Shown here: piece after piece, positions 18,320 through 20,000 of the stretch
How the letters are laid out: every line of letters starts with the position of its first letter
How positions within the stretch are numbered: the first letter of the stretch is position 1
DNA from: an uncultured Acidimicrobiales bacterium
Lineage (GTDB): Bacteria > Actinomycetota > Acidimicrobiia > Acidimicrobiales > UBA10347
Reading direction: 5' to 3'
Length of the DNA: 20,000 nucleotides
Assembly: GCA_943788915.1 (NCBI GenBank)
Contig: CALSSD010000008.1
Span: 367,355-387,354, forward strand
Notes under the pieces: generated by a model
What the model was told of the DNA's origin: nothing
Database searches by the model: none
What the model saw: only the letters and a program-made list of their open reading frames with translations
Program-made: the position numbers and the translations under genes

Positions 18320-19132
18320 ATGTCTGTTCGCATCGTCACCGACAGTGGCTGTGATCTGTCACCCGAAGTTGCCGACGCTTTGGGCATCGTTGTCGTGCCG
18401 CTGAGCATCCGGTTCGGTTCCACCGAATACACCGATCGTATTGACCTCTCCCCCGAGAAGTTCTACGAGGAAATGGCTCAACGCGACGAACTACCCGAGA
18501 CCGCAGCTCCGTCCCCTGGTTCATTCGCGAAGGCGTATCAGTCGCTCCTCGCCGACGGTGCGACCACCATCCTCAGCATCAACCTGTCCGAAGCACTTTC
18601 TGCAACCGCGCAAGCTGCACGCACCGCCGCCACCCTTATCGAAGGCGCCGACATTCGTATCATTGACTCCACGTCAGTCACCGTCGGTCAGGGCACCATC
18701 GTGCTTCGGGCCGCCGAGGCCGCCCGCGATGGCGCAAGCATCGAAGAAATCGTCGCCAGCACCACTGACCTCGCTGCGCGTACCCACGTGCTGGGTGTGC
18801 TCGACACACTCGACAACCTGAAGAAGGGTGGCCGCATCGGCAATGCCCAAGCCATGATTGGTTCACTGCTATCGATCAAGCCATGCATCGATATCAGCAG
18901 TGGCGCAGTTGAAGAAGCTGGCCGTCAGCGCACCAGGAAGAAGGCACTAGCCTGGCTAGCCAACTCGCTTCCTGCAAACGCCAAGAACGTCGCTATCGGC
19001 CATGGTCTAGCTCCCGATATCGACAGCTTCGTCAACATGATCAACGTCGAAGTAGATCGTGTCAACCTGATCGGACCTGTCGTGGGCACCCATGGCGGAC
19101 CACGCGTGGTCGGCCTCAGCTACACGGTCTAA
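18320..19132 (+). CDS. DegV-family fatty-acid-binding protein (FakB-like)
   Basis: IVTDSGCDL, VVPL, PETAAPSPG, SINLSEALSAT, LKKGGRIG, LLSIKP, GPVVGTHGGP; ATG after GGAG. Confidence 0.94.
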   Translation: MSVRIVTDSGCDLSPEVADALGIVVVPLSIRFGSTEYTDRIDLSPEKFYEEMAQRDELPETAAPSPGSFAKAYQSLLADGATTILSINLSEALSATAQAARTAATLIEGADIRIIDSTSVTVGQGTIVLRAAEAARDGASIEEIVASTTDLAARTHVLGVLDTLDNLKKGGRIGNAQAMIGSLLSIKPCIDISSGAVEEAGRQRTRKKALAWLANSLPANAKNVAIGHGLAPDIDSFVNMINVEVDRVNLIGPVVGTHGGPRVVGLSYTV

Positions 19133-19265
19133 CACCGCTCCGCTCGGGCCGACGTTCGTCGGACATGGCAATCAGTCCAACTGGTCGCCTCGTCCCTCGG
19201 CTCTACCCGCTCAGCGCTGAAACGAAGCACACCGACTTGGACAGCCACGAACTACAGTCACGCGG

Positions 19266-19853
19266 GTGAGTGGCGACGATAGCGCCCTGGTGGCGCAGGC
19301 TCAGGGCGGCGACCGTGCCGCGCTCGATGAGCTGCTTCGACGTCACTATGACCGCATCTACGCAATCTGTCGGCGGATTGCCGGCAACAATGCTGACGCC
19401 GCCGACGCCACCCAAGAAGCACTCATGGCTATCGTGCGTGGGCTGGCCAAATTTGACAACCGAGCCGCGTTCTCGACGTGGTCGTACCGGGTCGCAACCA
19501 ATGCGTGCCTCGACGAGTTGAGGCGCCGCAGCCGTCGGCCGACTCCCGCGCTCGTCGACGAACACGATGGTTGGGCCGAACAGAATAGCCATGACCGAAC
19601 ACCGGCCTTCGATGAACAAATCGTCGTGCATGACGAAGTCCAAGCCGCCCTCAACCAGCTCCCAGAAGAGTTTCGCGCGCCCGTGGTCTTGCGTGACTGT
19701 GCCGGGCTCGACTATGCCGAGATCGCAGAAACGCTCGGGATTCCGCCAGGTACCGTGCGATCTCGTATTGCCAGGGGTCGAGCGAAACTCGCAGAAATAC
19801 TGCACTCCGGGAACCAGCCCACTCGTGGCGAACGTCAGAACAATCAGTCATGA
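19266..19853 (+). CDS. ECF RNA polymerase sigma factor (SigM-like)
   Basis: Region 2 DAADATQEAL...FSTWSYRVATNACLDELRR; region 4 LDYAEIAETLGIPPGTVRSRIARGR; TACAGT 7 nt before GTG. Confidence 0.95.
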   Translation: MSGDDSALVAQAQGGDRAALDELLRRHYDRIYAICRRIAGNNADAADATQEALMAIVRGLAKFDNRAAFSTWSYRVATNACLDELRRRSRRPTPALVDEHDGWAEQNSHDRTPAFDEQIVVHDEVQAALNQLPEEFRAPVVLRDCAGLDYAEIAETLGIPPGTVRSRIARGRAKLAEILHSGNQPTRGERQNNQS

Positions 19854-20000
19854 ATCCGCTTCCACCAAACGCTGACGAGCTCGTCTCGGCCTATCTCGAT
19901 GGTCAGGCCTCACCTGATGAAGTCGTCATTGTTGAGTCCAGCCCCAAGCTGATGGACCGCGTCGCATCCATGCGCGGTGTCGCTGATCTGGTCAGCGAAC
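19850..20000 (+). CDS. Putative anti-sigma factor, 5' partial
   Basis: ATGA overlap with the sigma stop; MNPLPPNADELVSAYLDGQASPDEVVIVESSPKLMDRV... carries the ELxSAYLDG helix typical of anti-sigma domains. Confidence 0.8.
   Translation, partial: MNPLPPNADELVSAYLDGQASPDEVVIVESSPKLMDRVASMRGVADLVSE

Overview
A 20-kb, GC-rich (~60% by eye) stretch of mostly core chromosome from an actinobacterium, probably Acidimicrobiia (inferred from the dnaK-grpE-dnaJ-hspR order, many leaderless genes and protein sequence style). In order: 3' end of an unknown CDS; a hypothetical gene behind a PafBC/RecA-NDp-like promoter plus a small membrane ORF; a triple-LysM exported protein; a cyclophilin; 3-hydroxybutyryl-CoA dehydrogenase; a highly structured ~435-nt intergenic gap; a small CxxC/CxxC protein; purB; purA; hspR-dnaJ-grpE-dnaK (minus strand, SigH/SigR-type promoter); a FadF/EtfD-like membrane Fe-S oxidoreductase; a TatA/B-family protein; a minus-strand run of class I aldolase, tdk, frameshifted dcd and a GNAT; galE; DegV; and an ECF sigma factor with the start of its anti-sigma. 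I saw no mobile element, CRISPR array, rRNA or tRNA, and no clearly new multi-gene system. The best leads are the candidate DNA-damage-inducible unknown gene pair, the candidate structured ncRNA at ~3485-3700, unannotated microproteins, a dnaK leader lacking a canonical HAIR, and the 1-nt dcd frameshift.
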